Under the pieces are notes generated by a model that worked only from the letters and a program-made list of their open reading frames with translations, ran no database searches and was not told the origin of the DNA. Made by a program: the position numbers and the translations under genes. A stretch of DNA of 64,000 nucleotides from Octopus vulgaris (Eukaryota), in the NCBI GenBank assembly GCA_951406725.2, contig OX597823.1:54560001-54624000 (forward strand). The letters are read 5' to 3'. Of this stretch, positions 1 to 13,778 are shown one piece after another (the stretch's first letter is position 1; each line of letters starts with the position of its first letter).

Positions 1-290
1 GTTGTAGCCAATGGCACCCACTCTGAAGAGACACCAATTCTCAGCGGAGTCCCACAGGGAACTGTACTGGGGTCACTACTATTTGTGGTGGCCCTCTCAG
101 AAATGCTTTCCACAATAGTCAGCCAATTTGACCAGTTATGTTAACGACACAAAATTATCATAGGCAGTTAAGAACCCAGAGGATATCATAAAACTGCAGA
201 AAAACCTGAATGAAATTTACAAATGGTCTAACAAATATAACATGCAGTTCAATGCTATGAAATTTCAGGCACTCCACTTTCGGTCCAATA
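1..290 (+). pseudogene. CR1/L2-like LINE reverse transcriptase fragment (frameshifted, stops)
   Basis: Translates to VVANGTHSEETPILSGVPQGTVLGSLLF, then after a frameshift SYVNDTKL*...LQKNLNEIYKWSNKYNMQFNAMKF. These match the RT motifs GVPQG and a degenerate YADD. Confidence 0.85.
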
Positions 291-721
291 CCAGGCTAAA
301 ATCAGAATACACTGTCATAAATAAATATTAAGCATGATTACTAAGTATAGGCCACTGTCTTTCTAATTAAACTTCTTTTTTTTTTTTTACCTTCCTTGGT
401 GAAAGAAAACTTTAGTGATTAAACATCAGCAATCTGAATGCACATCCTCATCTAGATATTTGATAACAACCAGGAAAAAAAAACCCCAATTAATATCACA
501 ACATCAAGCCATGCATAAAGTGTTCATTAAACATCTGTTTCAAGGACTGCATTTAAGCTCTGAGTTCAAATCTCACTTGGTTCAATTTGTCTTTTTGTCT
601 ATCCAGGGTTGCATTTAGGTATGAATAGACACATGGGAAAAAGCAGTAAATATGTCAGTGGTTATTTTGGATAGTGTATTTTATGTTTATTACATGTGGT
701 CTACTTGTATCTTTTATTTTT

Positions 722-1102
722 TTTTTTACTTGTTTCAGTCACTGGACTATGGCCTTGCTGGGGCACTACCTTGAAGGATTTTTTCAAACGATTCAACCCA
801 AGGACTAATTTTAGTTTTTAAAGTCTGACACTTACTCTATTGGTCTCTTTGGCAGAGCTTCTAAGTAACAGGGATGCAAACAAACCAACATCAGTTGTCA
901 AGCAGTGGGTAAGTATGTGTGCACGTGGGAAGGGGGAACACAAACAAAAGGAAACACATACACACACATATGATGAGCTTCCACACAATTTCCACCTACC
1001 ACATTCACTAACAGCCTAGGCCTATAACAGAAGACACTGGCCCAAGATGCTACACAGAAGAATTGAACCTGAAACCATGTGGTTGCAAAGCAAGCTTCTT
1101 AA
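722..1102 (-). mobile_element. tRNA-derived SINE family A, degenerate copy
   Basis: Reverse complement of the family tail (ttacttgtttcagtca...) and head (...gcaagcttcttaacca), shared with many copies in the window. Confidence 0.75.
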
Positions 1103-1539
1103 CCATGTAGCATTCAAATTACTCTGTCAAATGTAATATATATCTATTCACATTGTTTGGAATCAATCATGCATTACCTCGTAGCCTTGAAATTTTGATG
1201 ATGTGATTTAAAAAAATTTTTAGAATGACTTTGTAAAGCAGGTACAAAAGATCTTGTTCTGACTGGTTTTAACATACAACATGTAGACTATTTGGCCCAG
1301 TATGGCTGGTTTAACCCTTTAACATTCAGATTACTCTATCCAAAGAAATGCTTATTTATTCAAACTGTTTTGAATGAAGCATGCATTACTTTGTAGCTTT
1401 GAAATTTCAATGATGTGATTGATTATTTTTTAAATGACATTGTAGGGTAGGCGTGAAGAGGCTAAATTTGATTGGTTTGAATATGGAACAGGAAGGATAT
1501 TTGGGTTGGATATGGACTATTTAAATGTTAACGGATTAA
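1099..1539 (+). mobile_element. Two tandem piggyBac-like MITE copies (~220 bp family P1)
   Basis: Second copy begins TTAA-CCCTTT; both share cattcagattactct...; TTAA at 1099, 1311 and 1536; same family at 11.7-12.1 kb and 13.8 kb. Confidence 0.7.
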
Positions 1540-2397
1540 CTACACATTGTTGTATGTTTATGTTATAGAGTAAACGCTCTTAAATATGTATGAGTAAATG
1601 AAGTTTTGTAATAATACAGTCTCAGATCTCTGATGTTAGTTTTAATATTAATGAACATGTTTATAGTATTAAAAGATTATCTATTTTCCTTACAATGAAA
1701 TAATTTTACATAAAACCTTCAAGATGAGTATAAACACTAAACACAAGAGAATGAGCTCTGTGGTTGGTTTTAAACTGTGTGTCACTGACTATGTTGAGGA
1801 ACATAGCAATTGTAGAACTGAGATGGAATTTTTAGTGTTTGAAGAAGTCGTTAGCGACCGATAAGAAAAAAGAGAACAAAAGACACTCTTTAGAAAATTC
1901 CAAAAACAAAGCAGACCAAGTATTATACCATTTCTCACCTTGAGAACTTCAAAAACGATTTGTTCATTAGGTAAAGGCATGGCTATGAGGCTAACCAATG
2001 AGGCTGACCAATGCTTTGTGGATGAACATGGTGGATAAAACGTGTGTAAGCCCATTGTGTATGTGTGTATATAGGTTTATATATAAATGTTAACATTAGT
2101 GTCTTATAAAGCTAGATTTATAAATCCTAAGATTGCAGAACAATTTGTCACTGGGCATTTTAGCTTAAAAGTAAAGCACTTGACACATAATCACAGGACA
2201 GTGAGTTAGAGTTTCATGGCTGGCCACTGACAAATTTTTTTGCAATGTATTGATAGTTTATCCTGTTCATGCATTATTAGCATTATCCTGCGTTTGAGAG
2301 TAAATTATTTCCTTATCTGTATCTTTCAATACATCTCAATGCTTCTAAAGCAAACTTTGTTTACTTTCATTGTAAGTTGAATTTATATATATATATA

Positions 2398-2800
2398 ATC
2401 ATCATTTAACATTTGTTGTCCACGATGGCATGGGATGGATGGTTTGACCAGGGCTGGCAAGCTGGAAAGCTGCACTAGACCCCAGTCTGATTTGGCATGG
2501 TCTCTATAGCTGGATGCCTTTCCTAATGCAAAACCACTCCGAGAGTGTAACAGGTGCTTTTTATGTGCTACTGGCATGGGTGTCATTTGTGTAACACCAG
2601 TATCTGCCACATCTGCAAATTTATTTAGCTAGATGGGTCTTCTTCTCAAGCATGGCATAATGCCAAAAGTGTTGGTCAGTCATTATTGCCTCTGTGAGGC
2701 CCAACACGCGAAAGCTGCTTTTCCTGTGCCACTAGCATCAGCCACTTTGCCTGCATGAGGTCCAGCGCTCAAAAGGTGCTTTTTACATGCCACTGGCATG
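2398..2800 (-). mobile_element. RTE-LINE 3'UTR-derived repeat
   Basis: catcatttaac...ctggatgcctttcctaatgc, homologous to the RTE 3' end at 50992-51650. Confidence 0.7.
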
Positions 2801-3274
2801 GGCGTGAACGTGTGTGTGTGTGTGTGTGTGCGTGTGTACAAGTATCTCTGTATTTGTGTTTGTTCCCCACATCCAATGCTTGACAAACTGTTGGTTTGGT
2901 CACATCTCTGTAACTTAGCATCTCAGCAAAAGAGCCCGACAGAAAATAAGTACCACACTTAAGAAAAGACAAGTAATGGGATTGATTTGTTCAACTAAAC
3001 CCTTCAATGCAATACCCAACATGGCAGCAGTCTGAATGACTGAAACAAGTGAAAAATAAAGATTTGTATATTAAACCACATTCGAATGAACAACTAACAT
3101 GTATGGCAGAACAAGAGCATTACAGCTTTCCATGGATTCAAAATACAATATCACACAGAAAAATTCCATGTATCAGTAGATTGGTGTATAAGGTCCATGA
3201 ACTGATGTGAATTGACTCATAATGCCCAAAGTTCAATGTGGACGATAAAGTTTTCATAAGTCTGTAATTTTTAT

Positions 3275-3445
3275 TTTATTTTATTTTATCTAGTTTCAGC
3301 TCACGAGCTGCGGCCATGCTGGGGCACCGCCATTTAAAGGATGAAAGGCAAAGTCGTCCTCGGCGGAATTTGAACTCAGAATGCAGCGGCGGACGAAATA
3401 CCACTAAGCATTTCGCCCGGCGTGCTAACGTTTCTGCCAGCTCGC
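3275..3445 (-). mobile_element. tRNA-derived SINE family B, internally deleted or chimeric
   Basis: aaaggatgaaaggcaaagtcg...ggcggaatttgaactcag...cgtttctgccagctcgc (reverse-complemented head with B-box) joined to an A-like tail. Confidence 0.75.
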
Positions 3446-4130
3446 AACATTTTGTGATTATAATTTATTAACAATTGGGCATATAAATGCAACCCTAATG
3501 TTTTTTGATAGGTCAGATAATACCACTATAGACTTTACAGGACATCACACTGTTAGAATCAAAACCACAGGCCACATGAGACATCTCACAATAGTTGTTT
3601 TAGTTTGCTCAGTCCTCTGTTGTCAAGCAGTTGTAGATAAGATAAAGTCCTCTGCATAGTCTTGTGGCTTGCTGTTGGCAAGTGCTATATTGTTGGAATT
3701 TATGCACATGTGTTTTTGAAATACATCAAGACCTGTCTGCTTTACATAATTGCTCAGCCTTTCAGTTTCCCCAGTAGATAACTCTTTCAGGGGAGGGCAT
3801 CAAGGTCATCTACATTCTCTCATCTAAATAAGAGAAAAGCAGCAACTGTATGCCCCTGGATTTAACTGGAGTGGTCTTACACATGATCCAGTTTACAATA
3901 ACCAAGAAAAGAACACAGCCCAGCCACACACCGGATTCTGTTGAAAAACCATTCAGATAATGTTTCATTGTCAATGTTCACTTTGCACTACATTGTTATC
4001 ATGCATTTTTATTTCACCATAAAGAAGTAGATCAGACCATTGCAGTTCTTCTTAGTATATTGTTGATATTTAACTTACCCATTGGGGAGCTTCCAAACAG
4101 GTGTTTTACATCAGAAGACTACATCTTATA

Positions 4131-4357
4131 TATTTTACTTTGTTTCAGTCACTGAAATGTGGCCATGCTGGAGCACCACCTTGTGGGGGTCTAGTTAAGC
4201 AAATCAACCATAGTACTTATTTTTAAGTCTTGTAATTATTCTATTAAGACTTTTTGCAGAAGTGCTAAGTTACAAAGATTGGAACAAACCAACACCAGTT
4301 GTCAAGTAGTTGTAGGGAAGGTCAAACCCACATCACACACACACATAAAAATTTACA

Positions 4358-4388
<31 letters not shown>

Positions 4389-4526
4389 CACAACAAGCTA
4401 TTTTCAGATTCTGTCTACCGAATCCACTCACAAGGCTTAGGTCAACACAAGGCTATAGTAAAAGACATTTGAACCAGAACCATGTGATTGGGAAGCAAGC
4501 TTCTTACCACACAGCCACACCTGCGC
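4131..4526 (-). mobile_element. SINE family A
   Basis: Family tail, central (CA)/(TA) microsatellite and head ...ccacacagccacacctgcgc. Confidence 0.8.
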
Positions 4527-6559
4527 ACAAACACACATAAATATATATATATATATAACAGGCTTCTACACAAACTTCAGCAACTATATTCACTTACAAG
4601 GCATTTGTCTGAGGTGCTGCACAGTAGTACTGAACCTGAAGTCACATGGTTGTAAATGTGAACTTCTTAACCACATCTATAATTAAAATATGTGTAAGAG
4701 ATATTTTGTACTTCTCAAGATAACTGGAGTGTTAGCTATATTTCAAAGGTATGTGATGACATGAATGCAATACAGTATTTCTTGTGATCGAATTTCATAA
4801 GATGTGTTGTTGCATATGATTACACTAATTAACTATTGCTGTTACATGAGATTGAATAAATAAAATACAATTATTAGATATAAAGAATTAAGAGATCATT
4901 AACATGGATTTATTGTAAGAGCTACCAACAGATTTGTTTGACCATTGTCATTGGCAAGTTCAATGACCAGGTAGAGCAGGTTCCTAATCATTTTTTTAAT
5001 TTGTGGTGCACTGGAGTTTAAGTAAAAGACTGCTGGTACATTTCACATGCAGAGTTAAAAAAGAACTGCTCTAAGGTTAAAAATTATGAAAAAAAATACC
5101 TGTAAACTATTGGGTACATAATAAAATTATAAACAGCTGGATTTTCAAGATACTCATGGGTTTTCTTGAGCCTTGAATCATCATCATCATAATTTTAATG
5201 TCTACTTTTCTATACTTACATGAATAGAGTATGTTGGGGCATAGATTTTCTGTGGCTGAATGTTCTCACAGTCCCCAACCTAGCCTGGTTTCCAAGTGAG
5301 GTAACAATCTCCCAGCCTATCAAATAACAAACAGCCTGGTGAAGCCATACTCGACAAACCAGCAAAATGTAAGTGTAATACAAGCTCACACATAGATACA
5401 GACAAACTTGCACACACACACACGATGGGATTCTTTCAGTTTCTGTCAACTACATTCATTCACAAGGCTTTAGCAGAAAACACATGCCCAAGGTGCCACA
5501 CAGTGGGACTAAATTTTAAAGCATACATGGCCAAGAGAAGCGAACTTGTTAACCACACAACTATAGCTAAGTCTTCAGTTATGTATTTTAAATATTTGCA
5601 GTGCACCTAGATACCACTTGTGGTACAGTTATTTCAGGGCCACAGATGTAGAAAGTCCCTTATTAACTAAAAGCTGATACAGTTGTAGGAGAGGATCAAA
5701 AACAAACCGTGGAAAGCATTGAGCCTCTGTTCTTGTGTACAGCAGATATCTATGTCTCACAGACATTCAAAAGGACAGGCAATAGTATTAGAATACAATG
5801 GTGGACTGCATAAAAAATATCATATATGATGCTACCCTACTCCTTATCTTAAGTGATCCTACTGCGATTATCAAATTTTCTAGCAATCTATCTAAGACTA
5901 CAACATCTAATGTTAAGCTGATAACATGTGATACAAGAGAAATCTGTCTGCTATTCCAAGTACGTTGGGTGACCAACTAAAGTAACTTTTTCACTACAAA
6001 GGGATCTTTTTTCTAAACAAGTTTTCCTCTTGGACTACAGGTTTTTGAAAGGTCTATCTCCTCAATTAATTTTGAACTTATGGGGCTCCAGTAATTTTCT
6101 TGTGAACCATAAAAGATACATGAATCCAGATTAGGAATCACTGAATTAGAGGCTCTAAGGCTCTAATCAATTGTTTTGTCAGACAGTAGAACTGATACTT
6201 TGACTGTTCATAACTAAAGGAATTCAACACAGGAAAAATTAAATTCAGAACATGAAAAACACTCATCAGTTTTAGTATTGCTATTGCATGTTTTCTTACA
6301 AAATCGTACATCTGTTGACTGCTAGGTGCATGGGACTATTTCAGAGATAAGTTTCTGTACTATGAACATAGTGAAGAAATAATGTTAAGGATATAAAAAT
6401 CCACACATAGCTCAGGACTAAATGGATTTAACCATACATACTCTCCTACACCTAATACAAATATAAGCCCTGTGTTTAAAGAAACATCATTGTCATGGTC
6501 ATCATGATCAATAATCATTTTAAATTCAGGCTACAGCAGTTCATAAAGGAGGCATATAA

Positions 6560-6805
6560 ACTGATGCTTAGTGTGTTGCACTCACAATAGCATGACTGTG
6601 GTTTCGATCCCTGGACCAAGCAGTGTGTTGTGTTCAAGGGCAAAACGCTTGGTTTCGTTCCAGTCCACTCAGCTATAAATGAGTATCCCTGTGATGAACT
6701 GGTATCCCATCCATGGGGATGTTGTGATCATAGTCACTTATACACCATGGAAACTGGTTAACTGGCCCTTTGAGTTCTAAGACTTGAGACAGTTATGTCT
6801 AGGGG
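6560..6805 (+). mobile_element. tRNA-derived SINE family C, degenerate
   Basis: B-box-like ggtttcgatccctgg, ccagtccactcagct and gatgaactggtatcccatcca, shared with 56626-56883. Confidence 0.65.
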
Positions 6806-7307
6806 CTGATGATGATGATGATGTAAAGCTGTTTTCAGGAATAAGACAAATAGACACCTGAACAAAATGATGCCAAACACTATATTTTGGTGAATCTAAG
6901 TCTGTATTCTATTGGCATTTTTTGTTCTATTGTGAAGTAAGTTAAAATTGATTTTGTACAAAATAAATGCATAGACGAGTGGGCAAAGATGAAAACTAGA
7001 TATAATGGGCAATAGCATCAAAAGTGAGCAGGCATGGCAATGTTAACAGCTCAATTCCACTGCATATTGACCAATGACTTGTAAATGGAATCTGGGAGAT
7101 GGAAATTGTGCACAGAGAGAGAGGCACAGGTGATAATGCTTTCTCCGAAATTTCAAAACCTGAAAACTTCCAGAGTCTGGAGTAGATGGGAACTTCTGGG
7201 AAATTTTTTTTTTTTCTGAAAGTACTCAAAAGCTGCACCTTTTTTAAACAATGGTGGAATAGGCGAGGATAACAGCAGATATGTAAAAAGTGAAAGCGAT
7301 GTGTGAA

Positions 7308-7668
7308 GGCGCAGAAGTGGCTGTGTGGTAAGTAACTTGCTTACCAACCACATGGTTCCGGGTTCAGTCTCACTGCGTGGCATCTTGGGCAAGTGTCTTC
7401 TGCTATAGCCTTGGGCCAACCAATGCCTTGTGAGTGGATTTGGTAGACGGAAACTGAAAGAAGCCTGTTGTATATATGTATGTGTGTGTATGCTTGACAA
7501 CCGATACTGGTGTGTTTACGTCCCCGTCACTTAGCGGTTCAGCAAAAGAGACCGATAGAATAAGTACTGGGCTTACAAAGAATAAGTCCCGGGGTCGATT
7601 TGCTCGATTAAAGGCGGTGCTCCAGCATGGCCGCAGTCAATGACTGAAACAAGTAAAAGAGTAAAGAG
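7308..7668 (+). mobile_element. SINE family A (young)
   Basis: ggcgcagaagtggctgtgtggtaagt...ggttcagtctcactgcgtggc...ttgggcaagtgtc (CORE-like)...gactgaaacaagtaaaagag. Confidence 0.9.
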
Positions 7669-7680
7669 ATATGCAAATAT

Positions 7681-7904
7681 TTAACCCTCTTAGGACAGCT
7701 AGGCTGATTGATCGGCCCAAGTGATACAAGCTGAAAGGACTCTGAGGCCGATCCATTGGCCTGATTGAACAAATGTTGTGAATGGTTGGTTTTGAAGTAA
7801 TAGCCAACCAGAGATCATCTTTCAGTAAATGTATCTCAATAGAAAAAAAATTTTGGTCTTTTTGGCTACACATGCCAAAGCACCATGTGTCTCAAAAGGG
7901 TTAA
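7681..7904. mobile_element. piggyBac-like MITE (family P2)
   Basis: TTAA-CCCT...AGGG-TTAA termini (TTAA at 7681-7684 and 7901-7904). Confidence 0.65.
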
Positions 7905-8298
7905 TATGTTTGACAAGCTGCGAAGGAAGTGTAATAAGCAGAGTTGGGTTGAGGAAGCAGTTGACACAATCTTAAAATGAAACTTATCTGAGTAAAATGA
8001 AACTTATCTGAGTAAAACTGAACTACCACCAAATTTATATAAAACTACCTTCACAGCAGATGAATAATTTGTATTTGTCAATAAATATCTGCTTTTCTAT
8101 GATTGCATAGGTCAAACACAATTTGTTTAAGCAGATTTTCTATGGCCAGATGCTCTTCCTGTTGCCAACCCTCAGCCTGTTCCCAAGCAAGGTAATATTT
8201 GTCCATGGCCAGACGTTTCTACTCAAGACTGGAAAGTATTGATATTTCAAAGTAATAAGATAAAGGAGCAATGAGTCAACACAATTAGGTAAGATAGC

Positions 8299-8723
8299 TG
8301 GTTCTTGGTCTCAAGTATTTGTCTTATGAAGAAAGGCTGAAGATGCTTGACTTTTATTCTCCAGAAAAACACCGACGCCGTGGTAATCTCATTCTTGCTC
8401 ACAACATCATAAGCGGAAAGTGTAACCTCTCGAAAGAGCTGTCCTTCACTCCTGCTCCAGAGCGTTGGCTGCGGGGTCACTCCGAAAAGCTCTATCTGCG
8501 ACGATTTCATCTCAATCGAAGGAGAGGGGCTTTCTCCGTCCAGGTTGCGGATCCGTGGAATAAGCTGCCGGACGAGATAGTGAAGATGCCTACGACCGCT
8601 CGGTTCAAAGTCTCTCTTGACCAGAAATGGCCTGAACTCTTTGCATGAACACCCTCCCTGTACATAACTCCAGGCCCCCCTACATGGCCTTGCTTTTTGA
8701 GCCAAAAAATTAACTTTAACTTT
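8299..8723 (+). mobile_element. 5'-truncated CR1-like LINE: ORF2 C-terminus, 3'UTR and (TAACTT)n tail
   Basis: ORF 8319-8648: LSYEERLKML...RRRGNLI...LRGHSEKL...FSVQVADPWNKLP...FKVSLD, a typical CR1/L2 C-terminus. Boundaries set by the empty-site paralog at 9588-9646. Confidence 0.88.
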
Positions 8724-8805
8724 AAACTGCTACATCTTACATTCTGATTCAAATCTACTGCAAGCCGCTGTATGAAAGTAATGCTCATTTACAACCATCT
8801 CATGA

Positions 8806-9203
8806 CACTGTAGCCATGCTGGAGTACCACCTTTAGTCAAGCAAATCGACCCTGGGACTTATTCTTTGTAAGCACCTAGTACTTATTCTATCAGTCTCTT
8901 TTGCTGAACCACTAAGTTACAGGGACATAAACACACCAGCATCGGTTGTCAAGTGATGTTGGGGGGACAAACACAGATACACAAACATATACATGTGTGT
9001 GTGTGTGTGTGTGTGTGTATATACATATATATACACACACATGACAGGATTCTTTCAGTTTCCATCTACCAAATCCACTCACAAGGCTTTGGTTGGCCTG
9101 AGGCTATAGTAGAAGACACTTGCCCAAGGTGCCATGCAGTGGGACTGAACCCAGAACCACATGGTTGGTAAGCAAGCTACTTACCATACAGCCACTCCTG
9201 CAC
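8806..9203 (-). mobile_element. SINE family A
   Basis: Reverse complement of 7308-7668. Confidence 0.9.
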
Positions 9204-9204
9204 C

Positions 9205-9240
<36 letters not shown>

Positions 9241-9719
9241 TATTTATTATATATGTATATAAGTCCCAGTAATTTTCAACTTTCCATGCAGTGTATGCCT
9301 ATAGTTTTCTGCTTGACCTCAACTGCACAATGAAGTGAAAGAAACTGGGGACTACTGTAGTAGATACATGATGCCTAAAAGAAAGACAGGATTGTCAGAG
9401 ATCATGGTTAGAATGGTTTTGATTGTGAATCTGCTTCATCAGAAAGTCAAACAGGAACTAAACAACAACTATTTCATTTACACATTCAACATACTAAGGC
9501 AAACACGGATATAAGATTTGCGCTGTCACAACTTATGTATTAATATACTGTTCAAAATGATAAGATAAAAGAACAGCAAGCCAACAAAATTAGGTAAGAT
9601 AGCAAACTGCTACATGTTACATTCTGATGCCAAATCTACTGTAAGCATTTGATTATTTCTGGTTTACTGAGTCAGCGTACCATAAAGAGTAGAAACATAA
9701 CATCTCTATCAATGCTATT

Positions 9720-10138
9720 TTTATTTATTTCTTTATTGCCTAGAGGAGGCTAAACATAGAGGAGGCAAACAAGGACAGACAAAGGGATTAAGTCAATTAC
9801 ATCGACTCCAGTGCATAACTGGTACTTATTTAACCGACCCCCGAAAGGATGAAAGGCTAAGTCGATGTCGGCTGAATTTGAACTCAGAACGTAGCGATAG
9901 ATGAAATACCTATTTCTTTACTACCCACAAGAGGCTAAACACAGAGAAGACAAACAAGGACAGGCAAACGGATTAAGTCGATTATATCGACCCCAGTGCA
10001 TAACTGGTACTTATTTAATCGGCCCCAAACGGATGAAAGGCAAAGTCGACCTTGGCGGAATTTGAACTCAGAACATAGCGAAAGACGAAATACTGCTAAG
10101 CATTCGCCTGGCATGCTAACGTTTCTGACAGCTCGCCA
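9720..10138 (-). mobile_element. Two tandem SINE family B copies
   Basis: Two repeats of tttcttta...ggattaagtc...aactggtacttatttaa...ggatgaaaggc...gaatttgaactcagaac. Confidence 0.85.
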
Positions 10139-10384
10139 CTATTTATATTAACATACAGCTTACAATGATAAGAAAGTGGACTATGAATAGAAATAATTAA
10201 ATGGACTTTTAATTAATTACTAAGACTTTAATGTAAACTATATTAGAGCATTTGTGCGAAACCAAAAACAGCAACAAACCCACAGATGGAACCCAGTGTA
10301 TCTCTAAAATACTGCCAATTGAATTACATAGTGCCATCCTACACATGTAGTTAGAGACTTGTTTCAGTCATTTGACTGTGGCCA

Positions 10385-10752
10385 TGCTGGCATCTTAGGC
10401 AAGTGTCTTCTACTATAGCTTTGGGCCAACCAAAGCCTTGTGGTAGGATTTGGTAGTGAGTGGATTTGGCAGAAACTGAAAGTAGCTCATCATAAACATA
10501 AATATATATGTGTGTGCATGTGTATGTATGTTTTTGTATCAGTGTTTGTCCCTGCACCATCACTTAACAATCTATGTTGGTGTGTTTAGGTCTCTGTAAA
10601 TTAGTGGTTTGGCAAAAAAGACCAATAGAATAAGTACTAAGCTTACAAAAAATAAGCCTTGGGGTCAATTTCCTTGTCTAAAGAACCCTTTAAGGCAGTA
10701 CTACAGCATGGCCACAGTCAAATGACTGAAACGAGTAAGAGAAAGTAAAAGA
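10385..10752 (+). mobile_element. SINE family A, 5'-truncated, preceded by an inverted copy of its own tail (10357-10390)
   Basis: ttgtttcagtcatttgactgtggccatgctg abuts the body; normal tail at 10705-10752. Confidence 0.8.
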
Positions 10753-10987
10753 ATATTCATTTGAATTAATCATGTATCTTATCAGTTCAAGATTTTGATG
10801 AGTGATTGTTTATTTTTAGAATGATATTGTAGGGTAGGTGTGAGAGGCTGAATCTGGCCAGTTTAGACATGTAGAATATTTAGGGCGGATTTGCTTGGTT
10901 AAAATGCTAAAGGGTCAAACCTGGTAAAACCCATCCCTTCCTCCATCTGAACATAGCCAAATTCTCCTTCTTCTTCTTCTTAGAGAG

Positions 10988-10991
<4 letters not shown>

Positions 10992-11061
<70 letters not shown>
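10992..11061. repeat. (GA)n microsatellite
   Basis: Direct observation. Confidence 0.95.
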
Positions 11062-11063
<2 letters not shown>

Positions 11064-11538
11064 TGTAGGAACTCTAATAGTGGACTAGTACTTTATTTAT
11101 TGACCTTGAAATAATAAAATGCAAAGCTGACCTTTGCAGGATTTGAACTCACCATGCAGGAATTCTGCAAAGCATTCCATCTAATACTCTAACCACTCAG
11201 TCAATTTTCTGTCCATAAGATGCTTACAGTACCTAAGTTTCCCAAGCAGTCACTTATTTAAGTAGATACTATGTTCAATGCTGCTTTATTTTAGTCATTG
11301 GACATGAACTAGTGTTTACAACATACACAAACATCAAATTGAAGTAAGGACACCATACTACGTTGTACATTTCTAGAAGAACCTATCCTGTTAGTGCTAA
11401 ATAATTGATCAATTGTCTTTTTGGACATAAAATAGTACAGCTACGATAGTATAGACAAATCATGTTGGATATTTCAAAAATAACCTACCCTGATAAATTA
11501 TCTTCATGAACATAAAATAGTACAGTTAAAATAGCAGA

Positions 11539-11574
<36 letters not shown>

Positions 11575-11661
11575 TGTAAGACAGAGATGATACAGCAAAC
11601 ATTCTAATCTAATCAGTAATGTGGACACCTGGTAAGCAACAAATAAGTCCCACCAGCCACT

Positions 11662-12115
11662 TTAACCTTTCGGCATTCAGATTATTATGTCAAATGTAAA
11701 GCTTATTTATTCACATTATTTTGAATTAATCATAAGCTATCTTGCACCTTTGAGATTTCAATGATGTGATTGTTTATTTTTAGAATGATAGTGTAGGGTA
11801 GGTGTGAGAGGCCAGATCTAGCTGGTTTTAACATAAAGCATGTATGATATTTAAGCCAGACACAGCCAGTTTAAATGCTAAATGGTTAACCCTTTAGCAT
11901 TCAGATTACTCTGTCAAATGTAATGCTTATTTATTCAGATTGCTTTGACTTAATCATGCATTATCTCATAGCTCTGAGATTCCAATGTGATCATTTATTT
12001 TTAGAATGACACTGTAGGTTAGGTGTGGTGTGAGAGGTCAAATATGGCTGATTTGAACATGAAACAAGTAAAATGTTATGGCCAAATATGGCTGATGTAA
12101 ATACTAAAGAGTTAA
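11662..12115 (+). mobile_element. Two tandem piggyBac-like MITE P1 copies sharing a TTAA
   Basis: TTAA at 11662, 11886 and 12112; termini ccctttagcattcag / aatgctaaa(t)gg. Confidence 0.8.
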
Positions 12116-13778
12116 ACCGCATACCGTTGCAATTTTGCTGTTTTTAATTAATGATCTAACATCATAAGCAAAATAGATAACCTTAAAGTTCTTTGAACGA
12201 GAAAGTGCTACAAAAAGAAAACTTCAGATAGCACATGGGAAACTTCCAAGAGATGTACAACTGTTGCAAGCGCTAACCCTTATTCACCCTGGTTTGGATC
12301 AAGTCCAACCCATTGAAATTGGTGCCATAACAGCAGCTGTCATAACAACACCTTTGTACATGCATTACTTATGCGTTTTGTATTCCACTCAGTGTTGAAA
12401 ATGTCAATAAAGACTAGATATCACTATAGGTAATACAGAAAGCATTTTATGTCTATTGATACTATAAAAAGTGAAGCTGTTCTAAAAAATCTTAGTGGTG
12501 TAAGTGTAAAACGTCTGACTGGAGTGTTTCATGTTGGAACAATCACTATACAATCTTAAGAAACTCTACAAAACTTTTTTTAAGTTCTATACTGAAAATA
12601 ATGGATGTAAGTTAATGAAAAATAAATAAACATTGCATAGAGCAAAGACTTGAAATTGTGATCATAAGTTAATGGAGTAAATTTGTTAACTTAGAGAAAG
12701 ATTAAAGTGGTATGGAGTTATGAGAAAACAAGAAATCATGGCAGGGTATAAAATGAAAGAGATTACCATGACAATAACCCTAGCTAGCAAGACCAGTGTT
12801 ACTTGAATCATCTAATTCCATTTCCATCTAAGTGTAACATGACTAGCATCATTACTTGTGTGTATGTATACAAAATTATTGATTTAATATCATAATTAGT
12901 GGTCTAATATCATAAATAGTAGAATAGATAAGGTATTGAATTACACACGCATATGTTTTGAGGTTAAATCAATTGTATCTTATTGTTTCTGGAATCAACC
13001 AAAAAACAAACTTAATTCACTGAATCAGTACACTAGTAGAAATGGGTTATATAGCAATGGTAAGAACAGAGATACAGCAGCTGTCATGTACTGACTTATT
13101 CCATTAGAGAGCTACAATGTGATGCTGCTATAGATTACATCTTTAAAAAAGGAATTTTTTAACTTACATTCACATCCGCATAATATGGTTGTAGTAACAA
13201 TTGACAAAGAACATGACAGAAAAGTCACAGCTGGAATATCTTTGCTTAAAAGTTTTTTTAATTAGGGCTGATATGAGGCTAAACAAGAACAGGTACACAG
13301 TGCAGAAAGTACATGCCCAGAATGTCATACTACCTCCAACATGATTTTCTATGATATATTAGTGTGTAGTATGGTCCTCAACTATAGAGAAGCATAGCAC
13401 ATCTGGAACATATGTGGGTTGTATCTAGTTTGTTCAGTTAATTTATTGACAGGTCAAAAGACCATGCAATCTGAGCTGCCTAGGAGCAATACAACAAAAA
13501 CCAAGGTAAAACAGCTCACAGTGATATAAAACCAGAGAGTCAGCTTAATAAACTTAAAAATTTAAAAACCTTTATCTAAAATGTTTGAGTGGAAGTATCT
13601 TGAATTTAGAAATGATTATTTATTTGCATTTATAAAATGGCTCAGTTTAAGAGTCAAACATATCTATTTACATACAGCTGATACAAAGTGAAGACAGTTT
13701 TATATAAAATTCATATACTATAGAGTGAAGTTATCAAATTTTTTAGTCTAGGCATGTTCATTCAAAGCTGAACTGAGA

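Noticed and set aside
2133-2245. 22-bp inverted repeat with a GAAActcTA motif on the - strand
   Set aside because: Too short and degraded to assign as a ribozyme element.
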